A stretch of 64,000 nt of DNA from an uncultured Rhodospirillaceae bacterium (lineage in GTDB: Bacteria; Pseudomonadota; Alphaproteobacteria; UBA11136): the NCBI GenBank assembly GCA_964486105.1, contig CAZAKR010000012.1, positions 4,195 to 68,194 on the forward strand. The letters run 5' to 3'. The notes below the pieces were generated by a model. The model was given only the letters and a program-made list of their open reading frames with translations. It was not told where the DNA came from and made no database searches. Numbering within the stretch: position 1 is the first letter of the stretch; the number at the start of each line of letters is the position of its first letter. This document shows positions 10,341 through 21,107 of the stretch, piece by piece. The translations under genes were made by a program, and so were the position numbers.

Positions 10341-10655
10341 TCAGGCGGTTTCCCGGGCCAGCCAGGTCAGGTAATCGGATGAACCGTCGGTTATCGGCAA
10401 AGCGACGATACAGGGGCAGTCGTAACTGTGCAGCTCCTTTACCCTGGTCGTCAGAACCGGCAGATGACTGGCGCGGGTCTTGACGATCAGCACGGCCTCG
10501 GAGGCTTCTTCGATCTTGCCTTCCCACCAATAGAGGGATTGCATGGGCTCGATAATATTGGCACAGGCGATGAGATGGTCCTCAAGCAGGGCGCGGGCAA
10601 TCGCCTCGGCTTCCTTCTTCGATTGTGTCGTTACATAGACCAGCGAAAAATCCAT
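10341..10655 (-). CDS. cutA: Divalent-cation tolerance protein CutA
   Basis: LIACANI, SLYWWEGKIE, KELHSYDCPCI. Confidence 0.95.
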   Translation of the reverse strand: MDFSLVYVTTQSKKEAEAIARALLEDHLIACANIIEPMQSLYWWEGKIEEASEAVLIVKTRASHLPVLTTRVKELHSYDCPCIVALPITDGSSDYLTWLARETA

Positions 10656-10865
10656 AATGCCTCCAACAAACGCTTCCCGGTTGCTGCTTTGGAAAGGTAG
10701 GCCAAGAGAAACGCTCTTGGCCTGAAATCAAATTTAGCCTACCATAATTGCCGTGTCTCGACGTTGACACAAGGGAGGTGGTCCCGGGCTTTTGTCCTGT
10801 AGGCTTTTGTCTGTGGGTTTTAGTTCCGTGGATCCCATTACAAGGGACAGTCGGGGAGATTTCGT

Positions 10866-11162
10866 TTGAACACGGCACAGCCTGCGATCGACGAAAGCGA
10901 AAATAAGTCTGAAAAGCGTGTCGTGCGCATTAACTCCAAGCCGACGACGGCTCAGCACGACTGGCTGACCCGTGGCCTCGACCAGCCGGGCGGCAAGCTG
11001 CCACTCTTTGACGATCAGGGAAAGCGCATCGACTCCCGCACCATCCGCAGCTGCATCGAGCAAGGCTGGGCCGAACCCTGGTTCGCCAACCCGTTAAAGC
11101 CCGACTGGCTGGTCTGCAAATTGATGCCGCTCGGACGCGAAGTTCTGACCCGGGGCAAATAG
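10866..11162 (+). CDS. Conserved alphaproteobacterial hypothetical protein
   Basis: GGGGAG RBS before TTG. WL.RGL.QPGGKLPLFD..G and GWAEPWF.NP.KPDWLVC resemble a recurring small alphaproteobacterial family. Confidence 0.75.
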   Translation: MNTAQPAIDESENKSEKRVVRINSKPTTAQHDWLTRGLDQPGGKLPLFDDQGKRIDSRTIRSCIEQGWAEPWFANPLKPDWLVCKLMPLGREVLTRGK

Positions 11163-11189
11163 CCCCCTCTCCGCCTGAACCGGCGGTTT

Positions 11190-11642
11190 TCAATTCGGAT
11201 CGTTTAATTCGGCCAGTTCCAGGGTTATGCCTTCAGGCCCCCTGATAAAAACCAGCTTTCTGCTGTGAAAATCCATAATTTCGTTAAGAATTTCGACACC
11301 GGCGGCGCGCAGGCGGGCGACTTCTGACTCAATATCAGCGACGGCAAAACAGACATGATTGAACCCCAGCCGGTCGAGACGGGTAATATCGGAATCGGGG
11401 CTGATCTCGGGGCGATGATATTTCAACAATTGCACTTCCATCCGCGGCACCGCACCAGGAAGAACCAGAGTCACATGTTCCGCCTTGATGTCCTTGATCC
11501 CCATGAAAGCGTCGAATTTTTCGCCCTCAATGACCTTTGAAATCGTTTCTTCCAGGCCCAAAAGCGAGAAAAACGCCCTGGCTTTGTCGATATCCCGCAC
11601 AACAACGGTAACATGATCAAAGTTGCTGATCATTGCCGACAC
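11190..11642 (-). CDS. VOC (glyoxalase/bleomycin resistance) family protein
   Basis: DHVTVVV.D...A..FF, GFNHVCFAV, GPEGITLEL. Confidence 0.9.
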   Translation of the reverse strand: MSAMISNFDHVTVVVRDIDKARAFFSLLGLEETISKVIEGEKFDAFMGIKDIKAEHVTLVLPGAVPRMEVQLLKYHRPEISPDSDITRLDRLGFNHVCFAVADIESEVARLRAAGVEILNEIMDFHSRKLVFIRGPEGITLELAELNDPN

Positions 11643-11792
11643 CCCTCTGTGTAATTGTTTGTGAACTCTATACGATGCATACAGAGGTATCGATTTTAAA
11701 ATCGTGCCAGGAATTCATATCTGGAGATCGCCACTTTGGCGGTGCCGGAATCGTACAAGGGGGCAGGCTTTGCGGCCTGACCCGCAGAAACC

Positions 11793-11826
11793 AAAAAAGG
11801 AGTTAAGCCTTACGGCCTAACTCCTT
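11793..11826 (-). terminator. Rho-independent terminator after tRNA-Pro
   Basis: Minus strand reads AAGGAGTTAGGCC-GTAA-GGCTTAACTCCTT then TTTT. Confidence 0.8.
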
Positions 11827-11834
11827 AATTTTAT

Positions 11835-11911
<77 letters not shown>

Positions 11912-12120
11912 CTTGGTATGCCGCAACCCCGGTCAGGGCCTGTGCGGCGGCGCGCACTATAGCGGCAGGCTTTGTCAGAAGCAACGGCGCTCTGGCCCCC
12001 TTCCAGAGAGGGAAGAAGGGTAAAATTTAAAGGGAAAAACGCAAAAAAACGCAAAAAATACGGGAAATTACAGGAAAACGCAAAGAGCGGGCGAGGCGGT
12101 TCAGGCAGGCGCAGGACGAC

Positions 12121-12591
12121 TCAGAAGCCGGCCTTGTTCAGAAGGTCGCGCAATTCTTCCAATTCGCCAAGAACATCCTGGAGATCGGCACGCGCCCGCG
12201 AACTTAAGCCTTCGCCGCTAGAGCCCTCGCCGACGGATGGAGAAACCGCGGAACTCTTGATATTTGCCCTGCCGGTAGCCGGAGCCGAGGCCTCTTTACC
12301 AGCCGTCACGGATTTGGACCCACCCTCGCGAAGCAGGCGCTGAACCCCCTTGATCGTATAACCGTCATCATAAAGCAGGTTGCGGATCGACCGCAGCAGC
12401 CCGATATCTTCGGGCCGGTAATAACGCCGCCCACCACCGCGCTTAAGCGGTCGGACCTGGGTAAACTTGGACTCCCAGAAACGAAGAACGTGCTGAGGCA
12501 ATTCCAATTCGTTGGAGACCTCCGAGATGGTGCGAAAAGCCGATGGAGATTTCTCGGTGCCGCGGGCGGCCGAAGACGTTGAAGCAGCCAT
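12121..12591 (-). CDS. MerR-family transcriptional regulator (ihfA-linked)
   Basis: AFRTISEV...[32 protein letters not shown]. Confidence 0.93.
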   Translation of the reverse strand: MAASTSSAARGTEKSPSAFRTISEVSNELELPQHVLRFWESKFTQVRPLKRGGGRRYYRPEDIGLLRSIRNLLYDDGYTIKGVQRLLREGGSKSVTAGKEASAPATGRANIKSSAVSPSVGEGSSGEGLSSRARADLQDVLGELEELRDLLNKAGF

Positions 12592-12595
12592 GATT

Positions 12596-12916
12596 TTAAA
12601 GCGCCGGTCCCGGCGTGCCGCCGAGTGAACCGTTAATTCTGTTTTTCAGGACATGAGACGGGCGAAAAACAATCACCCGGCGCGGAGTGATTGTAACCTC
12701 TTCACCGGTTCTCGGATTGCGGCCAATCCGTTCGCCTTTCATGCGAACGTCGAAACTTCCGAAAGATGAAATTTTTACAGGTTCGCCACTCGATAACGTC
12801 GAGGAAATTTCCTCGAGTATCGCCTCCACCAGATCGGCGGATTCATTACGCGAAAGACCTACTTCCTGATAGACAGCTTCGGTCAAATGCGAACGTGTAA
12901 CGGTTTTATCAGCCAC
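12596..12916 (-). CDS. ihfA: Integration host factor alpha subunit
   Basis: [28 protein letters not shown]. Confidence 0.95.
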   Translation of the reverse strand: MADKTVTRSHLTEAVYQEVGLSRNESADLVEAILEEISSTLSSGEPVKISSFGSFDVRMKGERIGRNPRTGEEVTITPRRVIVFRPSHVLKNRINGSLGGTPGPAL

Positions 12917-13006
12917 GCAACCCCCTTAAACCCTGGAAGAGAGCCTAACCTGCCCGACCTGACAGGTCAATTGCCTTATAAAGACAAAGGGATGGCAATA
13001 GAAGCG

Positions 13007-13981
13007 TTACCAGCGTAGCAAGCAAGCGCCCCAAGTCAGCCCACCGCCAATTCCTTCCAGAAGAATCAAATCGCCCTGGCTGAATTTCCCCGCCCCATGG
13101 GCATCGGAAATGGCCAGGGGAATCGAGGCGGCGGACGTGTTGGCATGGCGATCAATGGTGACGATCAGCTTGTCCTCGGCCATGCCCAGTTTTTTGGTGG
13201 TCCCGCGCATGATCCGAAGATTGGCCTGATGAGGAACCAGCCAGTCCAGATCGGCCCCTGTTAAGTCATTGGCATTTAAGGCTTCTTTGGCGACCTCGGC
13301 GAGCCGGGTGACGGCTTTTTTGAAAATTTCCTGGCCCTGCATCTGAACGTGACCGGTGGTGCCGGTAGAGGAAGGCCCGCCATCGACATAGAGGCAGTCA
13401 TGATCGCGGCCGTCGGAATGAAGATGGGTTGAGAGAATGCCGCGGTCGGCGATGCTCCCCTCGCCCTCGCCGGCGCGCAAAATAACCGCACCCGCCCCAT
13501 CGCCGAACAGCACGCAGGTGCCCCGGTCCTTCCAGTCGAGAATACGGGTAAAAGTTTCAGCGCCAATGACAAGCACGGTCTCCGCCTGACCGGTGCGAAT
13601 AAAATTATCGGCGATGGTAAGGGCGTAGATAAACCCGGTGCAGACCGCCTGAACATCGAAGGCGGCGCCACGGGTCATGCCGAGCTTGGCCTGAACGCTG
13701 GTCGCGGTCGATGGAAAGGTTTCGTCCGGCGTCGCCGTCGCCAGGACGATCAAATCGATCTCATCAACATCGATACCGGCATCCTTAAGCGCCGCCTTGG
13801 CGGCATTGACGGCCAGATCCGAGGTTAGCTCGCCCTCCGCCGCAATATGCCGCTGACGGATTCCCGAACGCCCGGTGATCCACTCGTCGGTGGTATCGAC
13901 AAGTTTGGATAATTCGTCATTGGTCATAATCCGGTCGGGCAGATAGCCGCCACAACCGATGATCCGGGAACGCAACACCAT
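13007..13981 (-). CDS. fabH: 3-oxoacyl-ACP synthase III
   Basis: AVCTGF, LFGDGAGA, PHQAN, ANTSAASIP, GGGLTWG. Confidence 0.97.
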   Translation of the reverse strand: MVLRSRIIGCGGYLPDRIMTNDELSKLVDTTDEWITGRSGIRQRHIAAEGELTSDLAVNAAKAALKDAGIDVDEIDLIVLATATPDETFPSTATSVQAKLGMTRGAAFDVQAVCTGFIYALTIADNFIRTGQAETVLVIGAETFTRILDWKDRGTCVLFGDGAGAVILRAGEGEGSIADRGILSTHLHSDGRDHDCLYVDGGPSSTGTTGHVQMQGQEIFKKAVTRLAEVAKEALNANDLTGADLDWLVPHQANLRIMRGTTKKLGMAEDKLIVTIDRHANTSAASIPLAISDAHGAGKFSQGDLILLEGIGGGLTWGACLLRW

Positions 13982-13983
13982 GG

Positions 13984-15033
13984 CTAGAGGATATCCTCCT
14001 GGGTCAACGATTCGGTATCCAGACTGAGCTGTTCAAACTCCGCCTTGATCGATTCGTTGAAACTGTTGGAAATCATGTCGTGGGCGACGCCGATGGCATG
14101 GGCGAACCCGATCTCGTCGGTGCCGCCATGGCTCTTGACCACGATACCGTTAAGACCAAGCAGCACGGCGCCGTTATAGGCTCTGGGATCGAGCCGTTCG
14201 CGCAGCCGGTTGAGGGCCGAACGGCTGAACAGATAGCCGAGCTTGGCAAGGATCGAACTTTTGTAGGTTTCCTTCAGATAGGTGGTGAAAAGCTTGACCA
14301 CCCCTTCGGCGGTTTTAAGGGCGATATTTCCCGAAAAGCCGTCGGTGACGATGACGTCCACGGTGCCGGCGGCGATGTCGTCGCCTTCAACAAAGCCGTG
14401 GAAACGGATCGGCAGATGTATCTTGCGCAGAATGGCGCTGGCCCGGCGCACTGAATCATGTCCTTTAAGTTCTTCCGAGCCGACGTTGAGAAGGCCGATG
14501 CTGGGCTTTTCAATCGCCTGAACCGTGCGCACGAAAACCTCGCCCATCACCGCGAACTGGACCAGATTGTCGGAATCACAATCAATGTTGGCGCCGAGAT
14601 CGAGCATCAGGGTTTCGCCGCGCATGGTCGGGAAAAAACTGGCAATCGCCGGGCGGTCGATACCGGGTAGGGTTTTCAGCACAAATTTGGCAATCGCCAT
14701 CAGCGCCCCGGTATTGCCCGCCGAGACAATGGCGTCGGCCTCGCCTTCACGCACCGCGTTGATGGCAAAGCGCATACTGGACTTACGCCCGCCGCGCAGG
14801 GCCTGAGACGGCTTGTCGCTGGAACTGATGGTATCGGGGGCATGGCGGATCGAAGCGCAGGAGCTCAATTCCGGATGGGCATCGAGAAGCGGCGTCAACC
14901 TGGCCTCATCCCCGAACAGGAGAAAATGAACCTCAGGAAAACGTTCCCGTGCGACGGCGGCGCCCCTGACCACAATATCGGGGGCGTTGTCGCCGCCCAT
15001 GGCATCAAGGGCAATGATCATGCCTTCACGCAA
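13984..15033 (-). CDS. plsX: Phosphate acyltransferase
   Basis: DAMGGDNAP, SAGNTGA, LDLGAN, DGFSGNIALK, VVKSHG. Confidence 0.97.
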   Translation of the reverse strand: MREGMIIALDAMGGDNAPDIVVRGAAVARERFPEVHFLLFGDEARLTPLLDAHPELSSCASIRHAPDTISSSDKPSQALRGGRKSSMRFAINAVREGEADAIVSAGNTGALMAIAKFVLKTLPGIDRPAIASFFPTMRGETLMLDLGANIDCDSDNLVQFAVMGEVFVRTVQAIEKPSIGLLNVGSEELKGHDSVRRASAILRKIHLPIRFHGFVEGDDIAAGTVDVIVTDGFSGNIALKTAEGVVKLFTTYLKETYKSSILAKLGYLFSRSALNRLRERLDPRAYNGAVLLGLNGIVVKSHGGTDEIGFAHAIGVAHDMISNSFNESIKAEFEQLSLDTESLTQEDIL

Positions 15034-15063
15034 TCCTGAATTCTCCCGTTAAGGAAGGAGGGC

Positions 15064-15246
15064 CTAAACAGCCTCGACTTCGGTCACTTCCCGTTCGCGG
15101 TAGTGTCCGCAGGAATCACAGACGTGGTGGGGGAGTTTGTACTCGCCGCAATTGGGACATTCATTGATCGACTTGCGCTTTAAGGCGTCGTGGGAGCGGC
15201 GCATGTTGCGTCTTGAAGTGGATATCTTTTTCTTTGGGACTGCCAT
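15064..15246 (-). CDS. rpmF: 50S ribosomal protein L32 (Zn-ribbon form)
   Basis: MAVPKKK.S..RR.MRRSH; CPNC and C..C retained. Confidence 0.97.
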   Translation of the reverse strand: MAVPKKKISTSRRNMRRSHDALKRKSINECPNCGEYKLPHHVCDSCGHYREREVTEVEAV

Positions 15247-15340
15247 AATTCACTCTCTATCAGGCTCAAACGTATTCAGGAAGCCCGTTTACTTAGCCAA
15301 AAAGCAAGCGCCGGGCAACCGGAATGGGGTGTTTACGCCT

Positions 15341-15904
15341 TCAGCTATCCTTTTTCAATGCTTTCAGGGCCGCAAATGGATTTTTTCCTGCGCCGTCGCC
15401 CTCCCCCGAAGGGTCTAAATAGGCCTCATCCACCCCGATTCCAGGAGCGCGGGGATAAGGATCAAGGGACAGGGAGAGATACTGAGCCACACATTCGCCG
15501 ATATCAATTTCCTCCCCAAAGAGAGGCTCGGCGTCACTTTCCACATCATCGATCAGTATTTCGCCCCGCTCAGCCTCTTCGGCCGCCGGCTCGCTTCCAG
15601 GGGCGGCGGGCTCGAAAAGAATGGTGAAATTTTCAGCGATATGCCCTGGGACCGGCTCCAGGGAGACAACACATTTTTGCACCACATCAACATCAAAACT
15701 GGCGGAGAGCCTGATCTGGGCGCCGTGTTTAATCCTTTTCAGGGTGACCCTGGCCGTCAGACCGCTGAGGTCCTGCAGATCAAAACGCTTCGAAAGGGCG
15801 AGAGATTCGCTCGTTGTGGCGGCGATTTCGTGTGTTTCCTCCTCATTGCCGAGGGCGGCAATGGAAACCATACGGGAAAACTCAGGAATCGGTAGATCGG
15901 TCAT
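15341..15904 (-). CDS. YceD/DUF177 family protein
   Basis: Q.CVVSLEP, LSLDPYPR, NPFAAL; upstream of rpmF. Confidence 0.92.
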   Translation of the reverse strand: MTDLPIPEFSRMVSIAALGNEEETHEIAATTSESLALSKRFDLQDLSGLTARVTLKRIKHGAQIRLSASFDVDVVQKCVVSLEPVPGHIAENFTILFEPAAPGSEPAAEEAERGEILIDDVESDAEPLFGEEIDIGECVAQYLSLSLDPYPRAPGIGVDEAYLDPSGEGDGAGKNPFAALKALKKDS

Positions 15905-16003
15905 GTGCTCACTGTTTGTAATGGCGGTTAATTGTTAAAAATCATTAGATTATGATTGATTGTTAAATCAAAACATCAATTTTTAAAAGGCAAAAAGACG
16001 CGA

Positions 16004-16549
16004 TCAGGATGCACTTTCGAAGGTCACTTTTCCCGACAGGAAACCTTTTAAAGGCTGGTCGGCAAGCGCGACAACCTGACGACGCAGATAATCGCTTAAA
16101 AGATCGATCGTCGCCTCGGGAACATCAAGGGCGGCGTACACGTTGCGGTTAAGCGCGCCTGACAGAAGATCCCCTCCGGCCACATCAAGCCCGCCTTTTT
16201 CCTCGGTATAAAGAGCGGCGTCATAGGCGGCGATCTGGCCGAGAAAGGACTGGGCCATCTTTTTCACATATTTGCCGACGGAAAGATCACCGACGCCCAT
16301 TTCCCGGATATTCTCGTCTATATCGGCGAAAAGCACGTCGAAAAGGGATTGAGCCAGCTCTCCCCCCTTTTCACCCTCGGGTTTCAGGCGATGGAGAACC
16401 AGAAAACAATGGAGCGCGATCATGTCGAAACGGCCTTCGACAGTATCGGGAACCTTCATCGCCGTATAAAACGCCGGCGAGCGGGCCTGGGCAACGATCG
16501 CCCCGTAAAGGGCCCTGGCCTCGCTATCATAGGGTGAACTCGAAAACAT
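16004..16549 (-). CDS. Ubiquinol-cytochrome c chaperone (Cbp3/UQCC1 family)
   Basis: QAR.P.FY...VPDT..GRFDMI.LH, REMGVGDLSV. Start uncertain (16549 or 16576). Confidence 0.9.
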   Translation of the reverse strand: MFSSSPYDSEARALYGAIVAQARSPAFYTAMKVPDTVEGRFDMIALHCFLVLHRLKPEGEKGGELAQSLFDVLFADIDENIREMGVGDLSVGKYVKKMAQSFLGQIAAYDAALYTEEKGGLDVAGGDLLSGALNRNVYAALDVPEATIDLLSDYLRRQVVALADQPLKGFLSGKVTFESAS

Positions 16550-16737
16550 TGGTGTCAGCCTTCCGGTATTGCCCATAAAAGACGGGCTCAGACGATGTTG
16601 ACAGATAGAAGCTGTCGGTGACAATTAATTGCCACAGGTTTATGTTCCCGGATCGAGCTTGTAAAGACCGGGACAGCCATTTTCCCGGATTTTCGGGAGC
16701 CGTATTTTTTAACCCCTCCTGACAGGGATGACCGTCT

Positions 16738-17220
16738 TTGAAAAACACCCTACCGCTTCTCAGTATTTGCCTTGCCGCGACGTTCCTTGTCGCCTGCAGT
16801 TCTTCAGAACATATTGACGGCCAGCTGCCCTCGCCCGACAAACTTGCCGATGTCGAGCTTGGCGTCTCGACAAGGGAGGACGTTCTTGACCTGATCGGCA
16901 CGCCTTCCACCACCCCGCCTTTCGACGACGATAACTGGTATTACATCCGCCGGGTGACCCAGACCGTCGCCTTTTTCGACCCGGTGGTCATGGAACAGCA
17001 GGTCCTCGCCATCAGCTTCGACGGTGAAGGCATAGCGGTCGATATCTATGCCTATGGCGAAGATTACGGGCGCTCCATCGAGATCAGCGATCGCGTTACC
17101 CCGACCCAGGGCAAAAAGCTGACCATCTGGGAGCAGCTGCTCTCGAGCTATGGCCGCATGCCCGACGGCTCAGGTATGAGCGGCGCCGGCATCCCCGGCA
17201 GCAGCGGCGGTGGACCATAA
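16738..17220 (+). CDS. bamE: Outer membrane assembly lipoprotein BamE (SmpA/OmlA)
   Basis: Lipobox LVAC; TREDV..LIGTPS, WYYI. Confidence 0.88.
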   Translation: MKNTLPLLSICLAATFLVACSSSEHIDGQLPSPDKLADVELGVSTREDVLDLIGTPSTTPPFDDDNWYYIRRVTQTVAFFDPVVMEQQVLAISFDGEGIAVDIYAYGEDYGRSIEISDRVTPTQGKKLTIWEQLLSSYGRMPDGSGMSGAGIPGSSGGGP

Positions 17221-17261
17221 GCGCCCTATAAACCCGGTTTTCCGGCCCTGCCATGAGTCGC

Positions 17262-17296
17262 AAAAAAGCCCCGGAGGTTTCCCGCCGGGGCTTTTT
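17262..17296. terminator. Bidirectional terminator between convergent bamE and hppA
   Basis: AAAAAAGCCCCGG...CCGGGGCTTTTT inverted repeat with A and T runs on both sides. Confidence 0.85.
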
Positions 17297-17317
17297 CGTT
17301 GATATGCCGTTAATGCT

Positions 17318-19411
17318 TTAGACCGCGAGAATGGCCAGCAGCAGAATAGCGACGATATTGGTGATCTTGATCATCGGGTTGATCGCCGGGCCCGCCGTAT
17401 CCTTGTACGGATCGCCGACGGTATCACCGGTCACCGCGGCATGGTGGGCCTCTGAGCCCTTGCCGCCTTCATGACCATCCTCGACATACTTCTTGGCGTT
17501 ATCCCAGGCGCCACCGCCCGAGGTCATCGAAATGGCAACGAACAGGCCGGTAACGATGGTGCCGAGCAGCATCGCGCCGACGGTGACCAGGGCGTTGACC
17601 TGACCGGCCACCGCATCAATGGCGAAATAGACAACCACGGGGGCCAGAACCGGCAGCAGCGAAGGCACGATCATTTCCTTGATCGCCGCCTTGGTCAGAA
17701 GATCGACGGCGCGGCTGTATTCGGGCCTCGCCGTGCCTTCCATGATGCCCTTGATCTCCCTGAACTGACGGCGAACCTCAACCACCACCGAACCGGCGGC
17801 GCGGCCAACGGCCATCATGCCCATCGAGCCAAAGAGATAAGGCAGCAGACCGCCGATAAACAGACCAATGACGACAAACGGATCCTGCAGACGGAACGTC
17901 ACCTCGAGATCAGGGAAATAGTGGTGGATGTCCTCGGTATAGGCGGCGAACAGCACTAGGGCCGCAAGACCGGCCGAGCCAATGGCATAACCCTTGGTCA
18001 CCGCCTTGGTGGTGTTGCCCACTGCATCGAGGGTATCGGTGTTGTGCCGCACCTCTTCAGGCAGATCAGCCATCTCGGCAATGCCACCGGCATTGTCGGT
18101 AACCGGTCCGTAGGCGTCCAGCGCAACAACGATCCCGGCCAGAGCCAGCATCGTGGTGGCGGCGATGGATATGCCGAAAAGACCGGCATTGGCGTAAGAG
18201 ATGACGATACCGCCGCAGATCACCAGCACCGGCAGGGTGGTGGATTCCATGGAAACCGCCAGCCCCTGGATAATGTTGGTGCCGTGTCCGGTGGTCGACG
18301 CCTTGGCGATGCTTTTAACCGGACGGTGTTCGGTGCCGGTGTAATACTCGGTGATCCAGACGATCAGCCCGGTAACCGCAAGACCGGTCAGGGCGGAATA
18401 GAAAAGATCCCGTCCGAGGAAGAAAAGACCGTCGAGGTCATAGGTTTCAGACATACCGAGCATGTGATCGGTGACGAAATAGATCAACACGGCGGCGATG
18501 ACCGCAGTGACGATAAGCGCCCGGTAGAGCGATTTCATAACCTTGTTATCAGACCCCAGACCGGCAAAGAAAGTGCCGATCACCGAGGCGACGATGCAGA
18601 CGCCGCCGATGGCCAGCGGATAGAGCATCATGTACCATTGGTCGTCGCCCATGAAGAAGATCGAGGCCAGCAGCATGGTCGCGACCACGGTCACCGCATA
18701 GGTTTCGAACAGATCAGCGGCCATACCGGCGCAATCGCCGACATTGTCGCCGACATTATCGGCGATCACAGCGGCGTTGCGGGGATCGTCCTCGGGAATT
18801 CCGGCCTCAATCTTACCAACCAGATCGGCGCCGACATCGGCCCCCTTGGTGAAGATACCGCCGCCCAGACGGGCGAAAATGGAGATCAGGGAAGCGCCGA
18901 AGCTCAAGGCCACCAGGGCCTCGATGATATTGCGCATGCCATCGGACGAACCACGGTCGAACTGCTGCATGAGAACGCCGTAATAGACGGCAACCCCGAG
19001 CAGACCGAGACCGACGACCAGCATGCCGGTCACGGCTCCGGACTTAAAGGCAATGTCGTGAGCGGGTTTAAGACCCTGACGGGCGGCTTCGGCGACACGC
19101 ACATTGGCGCGCACAGATACGTTCATGCCGATATAACCGGCAACGCCGGAAAGGATGGCGCCGATGAAATAACCGATGGCGACATGGGCGCCAAGACGCC
19201 AGCCCAGCAGCACGCCGATGATGACGCCAACAACCGCGACCGTCGCATACTGACGATTGAGATAAGCGGCGGCGCCCTCCTGAACGGCGGCGGAAATCTC
19301 CCGCATCCGGTCATTACCGGTGCCGGCAGCCATCACCGAACGAACGGCGTAAACCCCATAAACCAGCGCCAGAGCGCCACAAGAAACGATCAACCAATAA
19401 GTACCCGACAT
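17318..19411 (-). CDS. hppA: Membrane H+-translocating pyrophosphatase, K+-independent type
   Basis: [54 protein letters not shown] (Lys) is the K+-independent signature. Confidence 0.96.
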   Translation of the reverse strand: MSGTYWLIVSCGALALVYGVYAVRSVMAAGTGNDRMREISAAVQEGAAAYLNRQYATVAVVGVIIGVLLGWRLGAHVAIGYFIGAILSGVAGYIGMNVSVRANVRVAEAARQGLKPAHDIAFKSGAVTGMLVVGLGLLGVAVYYGVLMQQFDRGSSDGMRNIIEALVALSFGASLISIFARLGGGIFTKGADVGADLVGKIEAGIPEDDPRNAAVIADNVGDNVGDCAGMAADLFETYAVTVVATMLLASIFFMGDDQWYMMLYPLAIGGVCIVASVIGTFFAGLGSDNKVMKSLYRALIVTAVIAAVLIYFVTDHMLGMSETYDLDGLFFLGRDLFYSALTGLAVTGLIVWITEYYTGTEHRPVKSIAKASTTGHGTNIIQGLAVSMESTTLPVLVICGGIVISYANAGLFGISIAATTMLALAGIVVALDAYGPVTDNAGGIAEMADLPEEVRHNTDTLDAVGNTTKAVTKGYAIGSAGLAALVLFAAYTEDIHHYFPDLEVTFRLQDPFVVIGLFIGGLLPYLFGSMGMMAVGRAAGSVVVEVRRQFREIKGIMEGTARPEYSRAVDLLTKAAIKEMIVPSLLPVLAPVVVYFAIDAVAGQVNALVTVGAMLLGTIVTGLFVAISMTSGGGAWDNAKKYVEDGHEGGKGSEAHHAAVTGDTVGDPYKDTAGPAINPMIKITNIVAILLLAILAV

Positions 19412-19570
19412 ACGTAAAAAACCCCCTACACGGTCCTTAAGATGAAAAAGCCGCCCGGACAAAACAGCCGGGGCTGTTAAAACGCCGTGAACATGCCAGA
19501 TTAGAGTCCGAACCGCAACACGGGGAACGCAAACGGGCCTAAAAAAGCAAAACGCCCACTCTTCAACGCT

Positions 19571-20560
19571 CTAGAAGTGGCGGTAGCCGGGAGAAGGAAT
19601 TTCAATTTCATCGCCCATTGCATCGATCACCCGAACCCCCTCGCCGGCCCGAAAATGACCGATCCGGGTCAGGGGCAAATCGAGCTTTGACGCCAATGGG
19701 CCAATTTCACCGGCGCGGTCCTGGGGCACCGCAAAAAGCAGTTCGTAATCGTCGCCGCCGGTGAGAACCGTTTCAACAAGCGCCGGATCAGCCTCCAGCG
19801 CCGCCCGCCCGCCATCGGACAGAGGCACTGCCGGGGCGGCAAGTTCAGCCGCCAGGCCCGAGGCGCGGCATATATGCATGAGGTCACTGACCAGCCCATC
19901 GGAAATGTCGATGGCGGCGCTGGCCAATCCACTCAAGGCCCGACCAAGGGCAAGGCGTGGTATTGGACGGAGATAGCGTTCAAGCAACCAGGCCCGGTCT
20001 TCATCAACAAGCCCGTCAAGCATTCCGCGACGCAGTTTTACCCCTAAAGCCGCATCACCGATGGTTCCCGACACAAAGATCAGATCACCGTCGCGGGCGC
20101 CACTGCGCCGTAATTCCCTGCCCTCGGGGATCTCGCCAAGAAGAGTCAGGGACAAGGTGAGCGGTCCGTGAGTCGATACGCTGTCACCGCCAACCAGTGT
20201 CACCCGGTATTGGCCCTGCCCCTGGGCGAGACCGCTGGAGAAAGCCTTAAGCCAATTGTCGTCGATACTGTCGGGAAGAGCGATATTGAGTAGATAGGTT
20301 TTAGGGCATGCCCCCATGGCGGCAAAATCGGAGAGATTAACCGCCAACAGTTTCAGCGCGATATCGGCAGCTGGATCATCACCGAAAAAATGCACCCCCT
20401 CGACCAGGGTATCGCTGGCGGCAACCAGCCGGTGACCGGCGCTCAGGTCAAGAACGGCCGCATCATCGCTCAGAGAAAAGGCGCCGGATTCAGGTTTGGA
20501 AAGGGGAGCGAAGAATCGGGCAATGCGCTCGAATTCACCCGTTTTCGGCTTGCCGGTCAC
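19571..20560 (-). CDS. thiL: Thiamine-monophosphate kinase
   Basis: DDAAV, VNLSD.AAMG, GGD, IDISDGL, GGDDYELLF. Confidence 0.96.
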   Translation of the reverse strand: MTGKPKTGEFERIARFFAPLSKPESGAFSLSDDAAVLDLSAGHRLVAASDTLVEGVHFFGDDPAADIALKLLAVNLSDFAAMGACPKTYLLNIALPDSIDDNWLKAFSSGLAQGQGQYRVTLVGGDSVSTHGPLTLSLTLLGEIPEGRELRRSGARDGDLIFVSGTIGDAALGVKLRRGMLDGLVDEDRAWLLERYLRPIPRLALGRALSGLASAAIDISDGLVSDLMHICRASGLAAELAAPAVPLSDGGRAALEADPALVETVLTGGDDYELLFAVPQDRAGEIGPLASKLDLPLTRIGHFRAGEGVRVIDAMGDEIEIPSPGYRHF

Positions 20561-21107
20561 TGCCGGAACTCCCCAGTTCGCCCTCTCTTAGAACCTTGGC
20601 GATGCGGTCGAGAACGGCATTGACGAATGCCGGTTCCCGGCCTTCATAAAAAGCATGGGCAAGATTGACATATTCATTGATGACTACCTTGACCGGCACA
20701 TCGGCGCATTCGAGCAACTCGAATGCCCCGGCCCGCAGCGCCGACAGCAAAAGCGGCGGCACCCGTTCAGAGGACCAGTCATCCCTGAGATTGGGGGCAA
20801 TCATCTCGTCTATTTCTTCCTGCCGGCGGCTGACGCCGGAGACAATGAGCTTGAAAAGCCCCCGCTCCTTATTGGTCAACTTGACAACCGCGCCGCCTTC
20901 GGTTCCTTCGCCGATTTGATCTAGCCGGTGAGAGGTAAACTCAAGGATAACCTGATCGCTTGATACGCCGGAGAGGATGGTTTGGTATAACGCCTGTACG
21001 GCAGCCAGCCGCGCCGCGCTCCTGCCCTTGAGCGAACCGGAGGATGTGAATTTTTTATTCTGTCGGGATTTAGCCCCTTTTCCCGGCGCACCGTTCTCGG
21101 CGGTCAT
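20535..21107 (-). CDS. nusB: Transcription antitermination factor NusB
   Basis: RSAARLAAVQALYQ, VVINEYV..A, FVNAVLD. Start placed at the ATGA overlap with ribH. Confidence 0.95.
   Translation of the reverse strand: MTAENGAPGKGAKSRQNKKFTSSGSLKGRSAARLAAVQALYQTILSGVSSDQVILEFTSHRLDQIGEGTEGGAVVKLTNKERGLFKLIVSGVSRRQEEIDEMIAPNLRDDWSSERVPPLLLSALRAGAFELLECADVPVKVVINEYVNLAHAFYEGREPAFVNAVLDRIAKVLREGELGSSGSDRQAENG

Noticed and set aside
11972-12343. Lys/Arg-rich + strand ORF and AAAAACGC short repeats at ~12035-12082
   Set aside because: Overlaps merR antisense, starts at TTG with no RBS, and the basic residues come from an A-rich tRNA promoter region.
18044-19417. Long antisense ORFs (457 aa opposite hppA; also 55257-56744, 32886-33908, 23483-24496, 57436-58458, 40398-41507)
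   Set aside because: Each shadows a well-identified gene on the other strand. This is expected from high-GC codon bias, and none has recognisable motifs.
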